Source: a virus (Duplodnaviria > Heunggongvirae > Uroviricota > Caudoviricetes). Taken from it: a DNA stretch of 64,000 nucleotides. The notes under the pieces are model-generated. The model saw nothing but the letters and a program-made list of their open reading frames with translations. It ran no database searches and was not told the origin of the DNA. Shown in pieces: positions 9,727 to 19,949 of the stretch. The stretch spans positions 1 through 64,000 of IMG/VR virus record IMGVR_UViG_3300035661_000015. The stretch is one strand, 5' to 3'. The position numbers were made by a program, and so were the translations under genes. Numbering within the stretch: position 1 is the stretch's first letter; each line of letters starts with the position of its first letter.

Positions 9727-10041
9727 ATGAAACAAGATTGTATAGAAGATGTACTTGATAGTATAAGAACTCAAGAGAACGATGAAATTAAAAAAATAAA
9801 AGAGAAGATTGCCATTTTAATTAAGTCCGCCCATTTTCAAGGGCTGACTAGCTTTGTACTTTATTTGCCCTACGAATCTGTTGAGCGATCGTTTGTAGGC
9901 CAAAGGTTTTTTACTTGTAATAATTATAATTATAGCTATATTTTATTGGACCTACATAAAAGAGGCTTTAATCTCAGTGAAATTTTAAAAGATCTAGTCG
10001 GTCATTATTATGTGATGATTGACTATAGTGGAGCCCTATAA
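9727..10041 (+). CDS. Hypothetical protein
   Basis: ORF track. Confidence 0.35.
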   Translation: MKQDCIEDVLDSIRTQENDEIKKIKEKIAILIKSAHFQGLTSFVLYLPYESVERSFVGQRFFTCNNYNYSYILLDLHKRGFNLSEILKDLVGHYYVMIDYSGAL

Positions 10042-10184
10042 TATGATTAACTTTATACTTTTTATATTTGCGTCCTATGGATTAATTTCCTTTATTGTTG
10101 ATACGACGCTTATTGTTTCAGTCATGATAAAGAAAGCTAATCCCCAACGTTTCTATGAATTAGAATTTAAAAAAGATAGACTTC

Positions 10185-10538
10185 ATGGCGAAAACAATCT
10201 TTTGGAGATTTAATATGACAATTTTAGAAGAATGTATTAGTAATATTAAGCAGGCTTTTGTAGTAGAGCCTATGGCCTATGAACTAGAACAAAATATATT
10301 AAAACAGGTGATTTGTTGCTGCAAAGAAAAAAGGACATTCTTTTATTTTTATATTCCTGATAAATATATGGTGACGGACTCTTATAGTTTTAAGTATTCA
10401 CCATGCACCATGTATGCAAATCTTTTTAAAAAAATGAAATATATGGGATTTGATATATCAGATATAGGCTATGGAAAAGACGAATACTTTGCTACAATTA
10501 GCTTTTTTAACATTATAGAAAATCTAAGGTCTAAGTAA
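10185..10538 (+). CDS. Hypothetical protein
   Basis: ORF track. Confidence 0.35.
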   Translation: MAKTIFWRFNMTILEECISNIKQAFVVEPMAYELEQNILKQVICCCKEKRTFFYFYIPDKYMVTDSYSFKYSPCTMYANLFKKMKYMGFDISDIGYGKDEYFATISFFNIIENLRSK

Positions 10539-10548
10539 TACCAATTAA

Positions 10549-10577
10549 AAAAGCCGCCCATAAGGCGGCTTCTTTTG
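10549..10577. terminator. Bidirectional rho-independent terminator between convergent genes
   Basis: AAGCCGCC-cataa-GGCGGCTT followed by CTTTT. Confidence 0.7.
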
Positions 10578-10641
10578 TTAGCGGAGAAATATATGGGGGC
10601 GTTTTCGAGGGGTCGCCCACCCCCTTTACTTTCTCCGCTTA
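10578..10641. repeat. Adjacent forward/reverse motif pair forming a long hairpin between convergent genes
   Basis: TTAGCGGAGAAATATATGGGGGCG ... CGCCCACCCCCTTTACTTTCTCCGCTTA. Confidence 0.8.
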
Positions 10642-11445
10642 TGAACGGGTTGTTGGGGCCGTTGCGGAGTCTAGGGTGAAAGTCTTAACAGCCGTTGTTC
10701 CATCGGCGGCATATAATGTTAGGGTTGTTCCTACTAGAGCCCATTTACCAAACCCCTGTGCTCTTGCGGCGGCTAGGGCACCACCGATAGTTTCTGTATT
10801 GTCTGTCGGGGTAAAAGTTTGGGCTAAATTAATATTCACAGCAGCGGTTACACTTGGGACTGCCCCACTAACGGAAACGGGGGCGGTTACAGAGGCAACG
10901 GCACCACCAGCAAATGTAGATCTCGTACTGATAGCTGCATCAAGATTACTAAGGCTAGTAGCTCTCGCAGAGGTATAACCAATGCCGGAAACACCAACGT
11001 TAATATCGTTTTGAATAGCCGTATGGTCCGCCAAACTTAAGGCGTTGCCAGTAATTGCAACAGTTGAACCAGGAGCCAGAGTTGTTCTCCCGGCAGAATC
11101 AATAGTGGGGAAACCAAATGATGGATTTGTTCCATATAGGGCACCAAAACCATTGGCCGACAAAACCCTAAATTCCTGAAACACAGGAACGAAAAGTCCA
11201 GAATTAAAAATGTCTAAAATGAGTCTCCCGGTCGTATTTGTATCAGTGGTGGATAAAGTGGCTGTATATAGGCCGCTTCCAATTTCTGTAAAAGTTGGTA
11301 AAATATAGTTGGCAGCAACACCATTTTTAGTTAGAATAGATGATGGGGCTACCATACCTAATATGGGAGTTACGCCATCATTAATAGATGTAAACGGACC
11401 AATTCTAATTATAGCCGAGGTCGATACTTGCAGGTCGATAGCCAT
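10639..11445 (-). CDS. Phage structural protein, tail-fibre-like (Gly/Ser/Thr/Ala-rich)
   Basis: Composition and position directly 3' of the tailspike gene. Confidence 0.5.
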   Translation of the reverse strand: MAIDLQVSTSAIIRIGPFTSINDGVTPILGMVAPSSILTKNGVAANYILPTFTEIGSGLYTATLSTTDTNTTGRLILDIFNSGLFVPVFQEFRVLSANGFGALYGTNPSFGFPTIDSAGRTTLAPGSTVAITGNALSLADHTAIQNDINVGVSGIGYTSARATSLSNLDAAISTRSTFAGGAVASVTAPVSVSGAVPSVTAAVNINLAQTFTPTDNTETIGGALAAARAQGFGKWALVGTTLTLYAADGTTAVKTFTLDSATAPTTRS

Positions 11446-13911
11446 TTAAGCAACCTTTCTCGCCCTTCGGCGATCATCAAAAATATTTTTATCTAAATTA
11501 AGTTCAACACGTCTTCTTCTAATTATATTCCAAATTTGCGGAACGATTGACGGATAATATCCGTCTAACGCCCCAGTATCTTGACCATCATGACCAGCTT
11601 TTTTATAAAGTTTATTAGTTGGTCTCCAACCTAACCTAATCTGTGTAATCAGATCTCTAACAATATTTGGATAAGCCACAACATTATTTTTTAGGTAAAC
11701 CGCAAGAGCCTGATAGTCTGCGACGGCACTAACAGCCGTATTTCCATTTGATCCCCAGCCACCTGTTGATGGAATATATTTAGTATAGGCTTTAGATAAA
11801 TCTCTAGTACTATCATAAAATTGCGGATCGGCGTAAATATCTGTAGTTTCCGAAGATGGAGCCGTTGTAAACATAACTATTCTACCAACTGTTCCGCTTG
11901 TAATTGTTCCACCAATAGATGCAACAGTTAAGCTGGTGGCCGAAGAAAGCACTGGGGTGGTCGTCGTAACAATAACGCCATTAAAATTAATTACCGCCCC
12001 GGCATTATTTAGGGCGTTTCCAGGTGTATTTATAGAAATGGTTGTTCCGGACGATACGGTTGAGTTACATGTAATTCCGAACGTATTGCCGAACTTATAA
12101 CCCTTTTTACTTAATGCTGTATTATAATTATAAGTGCCTGTAGATGTAGTTAAATTGTAACCACCATTATATCCGCAATTAGCTGGCAAGACGATATCTG
12201 GTTTATCAATACTTAAACAACCCACTAATAAATTTAAAGTACTAGGAGTGGTAAGACCATAAGATAAATTAGATCTTAAAGAAGCGATTGAACCAGCAGG
12301 TGAAGAACCGCCCAGGTCACCTAAAACGAAAGCCCCCTGAAAACCCGACCCTGTATCAATATTGGCGGTATTATGGTTAAGATATATAGTTGTATTTGCA
12401 TCGGATTTTGTAAAATTAAATACAGATCCACTTGAACCCGGTTTTGCCGGATTTATATTAGGGAGCGATAGGTTATTAATACACCTAATAGTCGTAGCTG
12501 AAACTGTTGCCCAGTTAGTTTCCATATAGTAAAGGGCCGCATTATTTCCGTTATGGTAACTTTGATACACGTTGCCCGAAAAAGCCCCAATATCTCCCGA
12601 TCCGGTACTAAAGGCCCCTGTATGATTCTGTAACTGAATAATATTTGGGTCATTATTAGTAGCGGCGTCAGACAAAATAATATTATCGGTCATCGGCCCC
12701 TGACAAATCATACTAGCACCAGTGTGTTTTATAAAATTATTTGTAAAAGAGGTCCATCGTCCAGCGGCGATTGTACTGTTAACTACTGGAGCTATATTAC
12801 TATCACCAGCCGCACCGTAAGCAAGTATATTTCCAGTAATATTCCAATAGGCAAATCCATTGGCCGAAGTCGCAAGCCTTTTATCTATAGCGTTTCCAGA
12901 AAGAATTCTATTTCCACTTGTATAGCTCGCTCCCCCTTTTAAACTAATAACGTCAGAACCAACACTATTAGTAAAAATATTGCCAGAAATAGTTGCACTA
13001 TGAGTAGCTGTAGGGGCAGTAGTATAAAAAATAGGAGTAGCACAGTTATCAAATGTACAGTTAGTAATATTTAAAGTTGTTTCACCGCCGTACATCGGAA
13101 CAATCCCGGTTGCCGAAGTGTCACCATATTGAAAGTCCGTATAGGTAATATTAACATTTCTCAGCGTAGCTGATTCTGTAAAATATAATTTTGAAGAACT
13201 CGAAGATCCCTTAACGCTAACATGGCTTCCGGAAGTCCCTGCAAAGGTTACATCACTCGCCCTACCTGTAGAATCACTATAAATAACCCATCGGAACGGA
13301 CCTGTACCTGTCGTAGTAATTGCTCCGCCCGGCTCTATATATAAGTCACCAGACTGTAGAACTTTTGCCCCTAATGTTAATGTAGCACCACTCGCAATCC
13401 TTAATGTTGAAACAGGTTTTGAGTTTAGGCCAATTGTTAAATCAAATGTAGCTGACGTGTTTCCGAAAGATTGATTAGTATCAACAGTCAGCGTATGACC
13501 AAATGGAAGGGCCGAAACACCCGAAGCTATAGAACCAGTTAAAGCCGTAACAGGAATAGTTGTATCACCAACACTGGCGGCGGCTGTACTGGTCGTTGTA
13601 ACCGCTCCGAATGTCATACTTGTTCCACTTGGAATTGGTGAAATTAGAGCCGTTATATTTAAAAGTGTAGCACCGGCTGTTTTAGTCGTTCCGGTTGTGG
13701 TAACAGTTGTATAATTAACAACAACCGTATCCAAGTTCGTATGATCCGGAACTCTTCCGTTAGGAACGCCCGACCCAATTACCCACCACGGTCCAGCAAT
13801 CGTAGTATCAGACCAATTACCACTTCTTTGCGTAGTATAAGACGCCCCAAAAACACTCATCCCCAATGTTAAAAATAATGTAAATAAAAGCCCAATCTTA
13901 AAAATTCTCAT
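11446..13911 (-). CDS. Tailspike/tail-fibre protein with right-handed parallel beta-helix (pectate-lyase-like) repeats; N-terminal signal-like segment
   Basis: Repeated NxTxxN/ITNC-type beta-helix rungs; 821 aa. Confidence 0.6.
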   Translation of the reverse strand: MRIFKIGLLFTLFLTLGMSVFGASYTTQRSGNWSDTTIAGPWWVIGSGVPNGRVPDHTNLDTVVVNYTTVTTTGTTKTAGATLLNITALISPIPSGTSMTFGAVTTTSTAAASVGDTTIPVTALTGSIASGVSALPFGHTLTVDTNQSFGNTSATFDLTIGLNSKPVSTLRIASGATLTLGAKVLQSGDLYIEPGGAITTTGTGPFRWVIYSDSTGRASDVTFAGTSGSHVSVKGSSSSSKLYFTESATLRNVNITYTDFQYGDTSATGIVPMYGGETTLNITNCTFDNCATPIFYTTAPTATHSATISGNIFTNSVGSDVISLKGGASYTSGNRILSGNAIDKRLATSANGFAYWNITGNILAYGAAGDSNIAPVVNSTIAAGRWTSFTNNFIKHTGASMICQGPMTDNIILSDAATNNDPNIIQLQNHTGAFSTGSGDIGAFSGNVYQSYHNGNNAALYYMETNWATVSATTIRCINNLSLPNINPAKPGSSGSVFNFTKSDANTTIYLNHNTANIDTGSGFQGAFVLGDLGGSSPAGSIASLRSNLSYGLTTPSTLNLLVGCLSIDKPDIVLPANCGYNGGYNLTTSTGTYNYNTALSKKGYKFGNTFGITCNSTVSSGTTISINTPGNALNNAGAVINFNGVIVTTTTPVLSSATSLTVASIGGTITSGTVGRIVMFTTAPSSETTDIYADPQFYDSTRDLSKAYTKYIPSTGGWGSNGNTAVSAVADYQALAVYLKNNVVAYPNIVRDLITQIRLGWRPTNKLYKKAGHDGQDTGALDGYYPSIVPQIWNIIRRRRVELNLDKNIFDDRRRARKVA

Positions 13912-13920
13912 TCTTCCCCC

Positions 13921-14226
13921 TTATAATTGCGACGAATCTTGAACATTATCATAAAAATTTAGATTAATCAACTTACCACCAAAAATTTGATTGATACCAC
14001 TAATAGTATCCACATGAACTCTGTCGTTTGTTTGAATAGACCCAGTAAAATTAACTAGAACACTTCCGCGTCCATTATTTATTGGCCCTGTCGTTATACT
14101 AAATGCAATGGAGCCAGAATTTATAACGGGCGGTATTACTGGAGCGGAACCACTTGTCCCAAGCCCCTGTGTAATAATATATGTAGAACCGAACCCCTGT
14201 GTTACTAAAGTCATTGTTGACTCCAA
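13921..14226 (-). CDS. Small structural or hypothetical protein
   Basis: ORF track; Gly/Thr/Ser-rich. Confidence 0.4.
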   Translation of the reverse strand: MESTMTLVTQGFGSTYIITQGLGTSGSAPVIPPVINSGSIAFSITTGPINNGRGSVLVNFTGSIQTNDRVHVDTISGINQIFGGKLINLNFYDNVQDSSQL

Positions 14227-14245
14227 TAGATTTATATGCTATAAT
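14217..14245 (+). promoter_or_regulatory. Sigma70-like promoter (TTGACT-17-TATAAT) upstream of the motif-bounded cassette
   Basis: Consensus hexamers. Confidence 0.55.
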
Positions 14246-14273
14246 AGAACGAACTTGTAGTAGTAAATACACT

Positions 14274-14690
14274 GAGCGGAGAAGTATATGGGGGCGACTT
14301 TAGAGAAAAAGATATTGGTCCAAAGTTATTTAATTGCCCCACTTTTAAATACCGGAAGATGCCGCCACTTGTCCTTTTTGACCTATAGGAATAAAATAAT
14401 TAGTATAGGGCGAAACAGTTATTTGAAGACGCATCCTCTTGGTAAGAAATTTAATACGGCGAGTTCAAGCACGCATTCCGAACTTTCCGCAATTATAAAT
14501 TTCCCCCATAGGTCGCTTGACATTAGGGCGGCCACAATGTACAATGTTAGAATAGACAGGTGGGGCAAAGTCGCCCTCTCGGCCCCCTGCCCCTCTTGCC
14601 AGAACTTAATACGGTCGTTTAGAATTAAAAAATGTTTTTATTCTACGCAAACCGGATTCGCCCCATTCGCCCTATAACTTTCTCCGCTAA
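14274..14690 (+). mobile_element. Motif-bounded cassette: forward and reverse copies of the dispersed 25-bp motif flank a 129-aa ORF
   Basis: Forward copy 14274-14297 supplies SD+ATG; reverse copy 14659-14690 supplies the ORF C-terminus/stop. Confidence 0.5.
14288..14677 (+). CDS. Small cytidine/deoxycytidylate-deaminase-like protein (HSELSAI ... PCPSC)
   Basis: H(S)E and PCxxC zinc-binding motifs of the CDA fold; ORF ends are encoded by the repeats. Confidence 0.4.
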   Translation: MGATLEKKILVQSYLIAPLLNTGRCRHLSFLTYRNKIISIGRNSYLKTHPLGKKFNTASSSTHSELSAIINFPHRSLDIRAATMYNVRIDRWGKVALSAPCPSCQNLIRSFRIKKCFYSTQTGFAPFAL

Positions 14691-14736
14691 AGGGGCTTCG
14701 CCCCACACCTCAACATCCTTTAGAAGGAAATTTTAA

Positions 14737-16692
14737 GTGGAAATATTAGAAGAAGAACGTAAGATCGAAACGAATATGCGTAACGCTATTCTCAATATGG
14801 ACATAGATCAAGACTCGGCGATTTTACAGATACTTTTAAGAACTCAGCTTTATAGTGATCCACACGGTTCGGCCATGCGGGAAATTGCCTCGAATTCACG
14901 TGACGCTCATCGTGAGGTTGGTTGTGAAAAACCTATTAGGATTTTCTTTCCCTCGAAAAGTAATCCCCAAATAGTTTTTCAGGATTATGGACCTGGACTT
15001 TCTCCGGAACGTATTAATAATATTTATAAGACTTACTTCGGATCGACTAAACGTGGTTCAAATATACAAACGGGCGGATTTGGTCTAGGAAGTAAAAGCC
15101 CTCTTGCTATCACTGATACTTTTGGAATCGTAACTGTAAATGATGGTGTAAAGTATAATTATTTGGTCTCTGTTGGTGAAAACAATAAGGGCGATATTAT
15201 TCTTCTCGGCGAAGAACTTACCGGAGAAGGTAATGGAACAACTGTGAAGATCCCCATCCAAGAGGATAAGATTCAGTATTGTTCTGATTATATATATAAT
15301 TGTACACGCATGTGGGAACCTCAACCCGAATACATCGGGTACTCTAAGAAAGGGGATGTTCCTAAAGTTACAATAAGTGGAGACGGTTGGGCGATTTACG
15401 AGAAGTATCCCGGCACGTGTATTTTATTGGACGGCATTCCATACAATTGCAATAATAAAGAAATCCTTAATAATTTGCCCCATAGTAACTTTTGCTTTAT
15501 TCTTAAGACGGGCGAAGTAGAGGTATCTCTTTCACGCGAGTCACTTTACTTTTCAGAAAAGACAAATGGCAAATTAAAAAATATTCTTGATGAATTCTCC
15601 CTTATTATCAAAGATAAGATTCAGTCTGAGTTAGACGCCTGTGACGATCTTTTTAAATTACTAAAACGGGTAAATGAATTTGAAAATGGGGCACATGGTT
15701 ATAAAAGTGTCCGAATTGATTATTCATATATGGGAACTCCTCTTAATTTAAATAGTTCGCCCGATTCTATTTCCGTAATAGTATCAGAAAAAGATGGTCA
15801 AAAAAGATGTAGCTACAGTAACCTGGCCTATGACTATAATAGGTACGATCAATTTAAAATTATCCTAATCGATTACGATAAATTAACTTATGAATATCCA
15901 CACACCTATAGACCAAATGAGATTATTAAAATTCAGTCATATATGCCGACCAATGCGACAAAAAATAGAATACGCGGAAAATTATTGAAAGATAATATTG
16001 ATAAACTTATATTACTATCTCCGGAAAGTGGACTTTTTAACTTAATTAAAATATATTTTCCCCAAAATTTCACCTGGATGAAGGACTTTTGTAAGATTTC
16101 TCATAAAGTCCCAAAAACAAAAAGAAAAAATTTAATTCCCGTCTATCCTGGTGGTGGTCACTATGCTTCTAAAATCGATTTAGATGATACGACCATAAAG
16201 TATATTTGGGAAAATAAGTCTAGATATGGTGGACAAAAAGAAATTTATGAAATCGCTAAAACTCTAGGTTATACCTATGTTGAAATTTCAAATAAATTTG
16301 TTCCTAGGATAAGACTTAATCCTAATTTTATTACAGTTGATCAGTTCTATAAAAAAGAACTTGTGGAAAATATCGGGAGGGAAAGACTAGAGAAGATAAT
16401 TCTAAGTATTGATTTTTCTTATAAGCACGATCATAGACTTGCTTTATTGGTAGATGCGAAGTATAATGAATATATAGAATGGAAAAAGAATAATTCCGAT
16501 ATAGAAAAATATTTTCCACTGATTGAATTATATTTCAAAAAAACTAATTGGAATATTGGTTCATCAGCCATAAGGCTAGATTTTTCTAAGTATCCAATGT
16601 TACAATTCATTCTCAAAGAACCTCTCAGTGACGAATCTTTAAAAGCGGTCGAAGAATATATTAAACTCGTAAATAAAGGAAAGAAAAAATGA
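14737..16692 (+). CDS. GHKL-family ATPase (HSP90/MORC/MutL-like Bergerat fold)
   Basis: N-box REIASNSRDA, G1 QDYGPG, G2 GGFGLGSKS. Confidence 0.6.
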   Translation: MEILEEERKIETNMRNAILNMDIDQDSAILQILLRTQLYSDPHGSAMREIASNSRDAHREVGCEKPIRIFFPSKSNPQIVFQDYGPGLSPERINNIYKTYFGSTKRGSNIQTGGFGLGSKSPLAITDTFGIVTVNDGVKYNYLVSVGENNKGDIILLGEELTGEGNGTTVKIPIQEDKIQYCSDYIYNCTRMWEPQPEYIGYSKKGDVPKVTISGDGWAIYEKYPGTCILLDGIPYNCNNKEILNNLPHSNFCFILKTGEVEVSLSRESLYFSEKTNGKLKNILDEFSLIIKDKIQSELDACDDLFKLLKRVNEFENGAHGYKSVRIDYSYMGTPLNLNSSPDSISVIVSEKDGQKRCSYSNLAYDYNRYDQFKIILIDYDKLTYEYPHTYRPNEIIKIQSYMPTNATKNRIRGKLLKDNIDKLILLSPESGLFNLIKIYFPQNFTWMKDFCKISHKVPKTKRKNLIPVYPGGGHYASKIDLDDTTIKYIWENKSRYGGQKEIYEIAKTLGYTYVEISNKFVPRIRLNPNFITVDQFYKKELVENIGRERLEKIILSIDFSYKHDHRLALLVDAKYNEYIEWKKNNSDIEKYFPLIELYFKKTNWNIGSSAIRLDFSKYPMLQFILKEPLSDESLKAVEEYIKLVNKGKKK

Positions 16693-17717
16693 AAATTGTC
16701 GGATGGTACAAGAACAAAAGTACACTAACCCTATCTGTTGAAAATAAAAATATTATTCTCACAGAAGATTCGGACCCCGAGTCAATGTACAACAAGTGTT
16801 ACAATATGATTAAAGAGGGCAAAAATGACGAATTATATAATTTACTAACACTCAATGACAAAAAGGTCAAGATCTATGAGAAAGAAGGTTTTAAGACCAT
16901 TGAGGATATCGTATTTATTAATGATGAACCTCTCCCAACTATTCTCGGTGAACGACTTTTGGAATATGCGGACGCTGGCCTTCCGTGCGAATCGCTAGTC
17001 AACTTTTGGAAACGTGTTAAAAATAATCCCAGTCAAAGTTCGGTCGCCCAACTTTTTGGTTTCCTAGAGGCCAATAGATTTACATTAACTTCGGACGGTT
17101 GTTTTATTGGTTATAAACGTGTTCGGGCCAACTTAAAAGATATTAGAACCGGCACCTTCGACAATTCGCCCGGACAAAAACCTAATATGAAACGTGAAGA
17201 CTGTAATCATAATCCTAAAGAAACCTGTTCTTACGGACTACATGTCGCGTCATGGCATTACTTAACATCTGGACCAGGTGATTATACTGATAGGACTTTA
17301 CCTATTGTTGAATGCAAAGTAGATCCGGCTAATGTTGTATCCGTTCCTACGGACTATGATCAAAGTAAAATGCGTGTTTGTGAATATGAAGTTTTGTCAG
17401 TAAGTCCTGGTGAACCAATTAAAAGGTTGGTCTACGACAAAGATAATTGTAATTTATTCCAAGTATATGATCTAGAAGATGACGAAAAATGTCCCCGGTG
17501 CGGTAGTGGTGATTGGGGTGACTCATATTTATGTGAAGACTGTGAAGAAGAATTGGAAGATAAGTATGGGGACGAGGAAGATGATTTTGAAGACTATGAA
17601 ATTGGTGAAAAAGTAGAAATAGTACCTATGACTGCTCCAGAAGTCCGTAGCATTAAACTTGATACGCCAGTGAGCGGAAAGAGGGGGTGGGGGCTTTTCA
17701 AATGGTTTAAAGGGTAA
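16689..17717 (+). CDS. Hypothetical protein with acidic Cys-containing C-terminus
   Basis: ORF track; translational coupling. Confidence 0.4.
   Translation: MKIVGWYKNKSTLTLSVENKNIILTEDSDPESMYNKCYNMIKEGKNDELYNLLTLNDKKVKIYEKEGFKTIEDIVFINDEPLPTILGERLLEYADAGLPCESLVNFWKRVKNNPSQSSVAQLFGFLEANRFTLTSDGCFIGYKRVRANLKDIRTGTFDNSPGQKPNMKREDCNHNPKETCSYGLHVASWHYLTSGPGDYTDRTLPIVECKVDPANVVSVPTDYDQSKMRVCEYEVLSVSPGEPIKRLVYDKDNCNLFQVYDLEDDEKCPRCGSGDWGDSYLCEDCEEELEDKYGDEEDDFEDYEIGEKVEIVPMTAPEVRSIKLDTPVSGKRGWGLFKWFKG
17671..17694 (+). repeat. Dispersed motif, degenerate forward copy
   Basis: TGAGCGGAAAGAGGGGGTGGGGGC. Confidence 0.5.
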
Positions 17718-17721
17718 TAGA

Positions 17722-17752
17722 GATGGGGGCCGAGAGGCCCCTATTTTTTTTC
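17722..17752. terminator. Bidirectional terminator (GGGGGCCgagaGGCCCC + T-run)
   Basis: Stem-loop plus T8 between convergent genes. Confidence 0.65.
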
Positions 17753-18358
17753 TAGATAATTACAGTACTGGAATGCTCCATATGTCGATAGGCCAACTGT
17801 ACCAGACCCCTGATAACCAGAAACCCAATTATCTATAGTAAAGTTACATATAACGCCCGTCGTATTTAGATTTAGGCATTGTGCATAAATTTTAATTCCA
17901 CTTGAACTTCCGGGGCTAACACCGAGGGTTAATTGAATCATATCCCCAGTTGTGGGAATTTCACTTGCCCCACTTGCTCTTAATACAGACATAGTTCCAG
18001 AGTTAATAGAACCAACACCAAAAATAGCATTGTTAAACCATGTCAAATATCCAAACTGCCCATCTTGCGTTCTCTTAGCGTGCAGAATTGTCATAATATC
18101 ATTATTCCAATACGTATACTGCATTACACCTGTCATATTGATAGCATTACTATTTGTGGGCGAAACTATGCCACCCGTTATAGAGTTTATCCTATCTATG
18201 TATGGGGTCCAAAGTGCCCCACTTATAATTGCCGCCCCACACCCATTGATATCTATATAATTAGAAGAACCGATCGGTCCCGGAATATTAGTTGATCCAG
18301 AACCGCCCGGTATTGTATCTGAGCCCGCAAATGTATCAACGAAAATCTGTGTTGACAT
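17741..18358 (-). CDS. Putative virion or tail-fibre-like protein
   Basis: Gly/Ser/Thr-rich; bracketed by degenerate motif copies at 17671 and 18528. Confidence 0.4.
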   Translation of the reverse strand: MSTQIFVDTFAGSDTIPGGSGSTNIPGPIGSSNYIDINGCGAAIISGALWTPYIDRINSITGGIVSPTNSNAINMTGVMQYTYWNNDIMTILHAKRTQDGQFGYLTWFNNAIFGVGSINSGTMSVLRASGASEIPTTGDMIQLTLGVSPGSSSGIKIYAQCLNLNTTGVICNFTIDNWVSGYQGSGTVGLSTYGAFQYCNYLEKK

Positions 18359-18378
18359 TTTAATCCTCGGAGAAAAAT

Positions 18379-19176
18379 ATGTTTATTGTATTATTAGCTA
18401 TATGCTTAGGTCAAATCCAAGATCAGAGCAAGTATATTATCGAAATTCCCGGCCTATCATTAGTAGAGAAATCAAAGGTGTCAGTCTGGGGGGCCGTAGG
18501 AAGGGCCGATCTGCCCAATCACCCAACCCGCCCCTATAATTTTCCGCTTATCCTTTCTACGAAAGAGAGACTAACTAAATTCCATCTCGGTAATCTCTGC
18601 TATATCACTGTAATTATTAGGGGTAATATGATTATAGTAGAACATCTTGATGATGAGTTTGGGGAATTGTATCCTTTTGAGGGCACTTTTAATTTAGTCG
18701 TAGATGGAAAGACCTATAATTTTAATTTAAAAGAAACCCATATGGCGACTAAAAATCCCGTATTTAATATTAATCCTGAAAATTACGATACCCTTTTCTT
18801 TGTTTCAAAACCCAACTCTATTATCTTAGAGCGTCTTGATAGTATCGGCATTTATGAGGGGGCGATTTATACGGGCCTAGTATCATGTAGGTTAGGAACA
18901 AAAGTCGAAGTTTCATTTTTATACTACTCTGATATTAATAGTGATTTTTCTATTAATTTATCTCAGTTATATTATAAGAAAAATTCAAGCTACGCTTTTA
19001 GTAAAATTTTAATTAAAACAGATAGGGCGGCATGTTGGAAAAGATTTAGAAAAGTTATAACCTTAGACCCGACCTCTATATCTTTCACTATTACTATTAA
19101 AGTAGACGGTTCAGAAAATCGGGTCTGGTTAGATAATCTTTCTTGTAAAATTATCGGTTCGATTGATACCCCATAG
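18379..19176 (+). CDS. Hypothetical protein
   Basis: ORF track. Confidence 0.4.
   Translation: MFIVLLAICLGQIQDQSKYIIEIPGLSLVEKSKVSVWGAVGRADLPNHPTRPYNFPLILSTKERLTKFHLGNLCYITVIIRGNMIIVEHLDDEFGELYPFEGTFNLVVDGKTYNFNLKETHMATKNPVFNINPENYDTLFFVSKPNSIILERLDSIGIYEGAIYTGLVSCRLGTKVEVSFLYYSDINSDFSINLSQLYYKKNSSYAFSKILIKTDRAACWKRFRKVITLDPTSISFTITIKVDGSENRVWLDNLSCKIIGSIDTP
18528..18550 (-). repeat. Dispersed motif, degenerate reverse copy
   Basis: CCGCCCCTATAATTTTCCGCTTA. Confidence 0.5.
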
Positions 19177-19177
19177 A

Positions 19178-19576
19178 TTAAGGTTTGGAAATCGGTAATA
19201 GGTTTGGGGTTAAAATATTCTTTCTGTTAAATACGCCGGTCTGACCAACGCCATTAGTTGTATGGGTCTTTCCATACTTGGCACTTTCGTAGATCGGCCT
19301 AATAACCTGTGCTTCATCGCCCACATTAACTGTTCCGCTAACCGTGGCAAAAGAATTAATTACATAGCCCGGTTGACTAAGAAATTGTTGTGGTATAACC
19401 GCATAAAACGTAGTCCCTATTCCGAGTGGCTGTAAAGTCGCTCCGGAATTTAGGGGCGTGTCCCCATTTAAACTATGATAAACAGCAACCCCACTCCCAC
19501 CACCACCCGAAATAGTAAAATAAATTTTTCTCTTATTCGGGTCGGCCTCATTCACAAACATCTGTATAGTGCCCAT
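19178..19576 (-). CDS. Hypothetical (structural?) protein
   Basis: ORF track. Confidence 0.4.
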   Translation of the reverse strand: MGTIQMFVNEADPNKRKIYFTISGGGGSGVAVYHSLNGDTPLNSGATLQPLGIGTTFYAVIPQQFLSQPGYVINSFATVSGTVNVGDEAQVIRPIYESAKYGKTHTTNGVGQTGVFNRKNILTPNLLPISKP

Positions 19577-19577
19577 C

Positions 19578-19949
19578 TTATATCTCCGATACTTTTTTAA
19601 GGTTTAAGCAGTCAAAACATTCACTGTAAGAAACATATCTTTTATTTGGATCTTCACCTACGACCATAGATCCTTTTCCTCGCTTACATTCGTTAAGTCC
19701 CCCGCATCCACAAGAAACCTTGTCGCCCCTATCTGGACAAGACTCTACTGCAATCTTATTAGTATTTAAAAGTTTTGTGACTTTGGAGTCGCCCCCAAAC
19801 CTCACAACGCTAGATTCTATAATAACACCCTTCCACTCTTCGGGAGATTCCTCCATTTTCTCACAAATCCTTTTTATATCTTCTCCTAAACATTTACTTT
19901 TATTTAATGGACAGTTTTTACATTTCATCCCATCACCGTAACTTGGCAC
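19578..19949 (-). CDS. Cys-rich small protein
   Basis: Eleven Cys in 123 aa. Confidence 0.4.
   Translation of the reverse strand: MPSYGDGMKCKNCPLNKSKCLGEDIKRICEKMEESPEEWKGVIIESSVVRFGGDSKVTKLLNTNKIAVESCPDRGDKVSCGCGGLNECKRGKGSMVVGEDPNKRYVSYSECFDCLNLKKVSEI

Noticed and set aside
10676-10978. Plus-strand 100-aa ORF inside the minus-strand structural gene 10639-11445
   Set aside because: Antisense to a well-supported structural gene; Ala-rich reading from a GC-skewed region.
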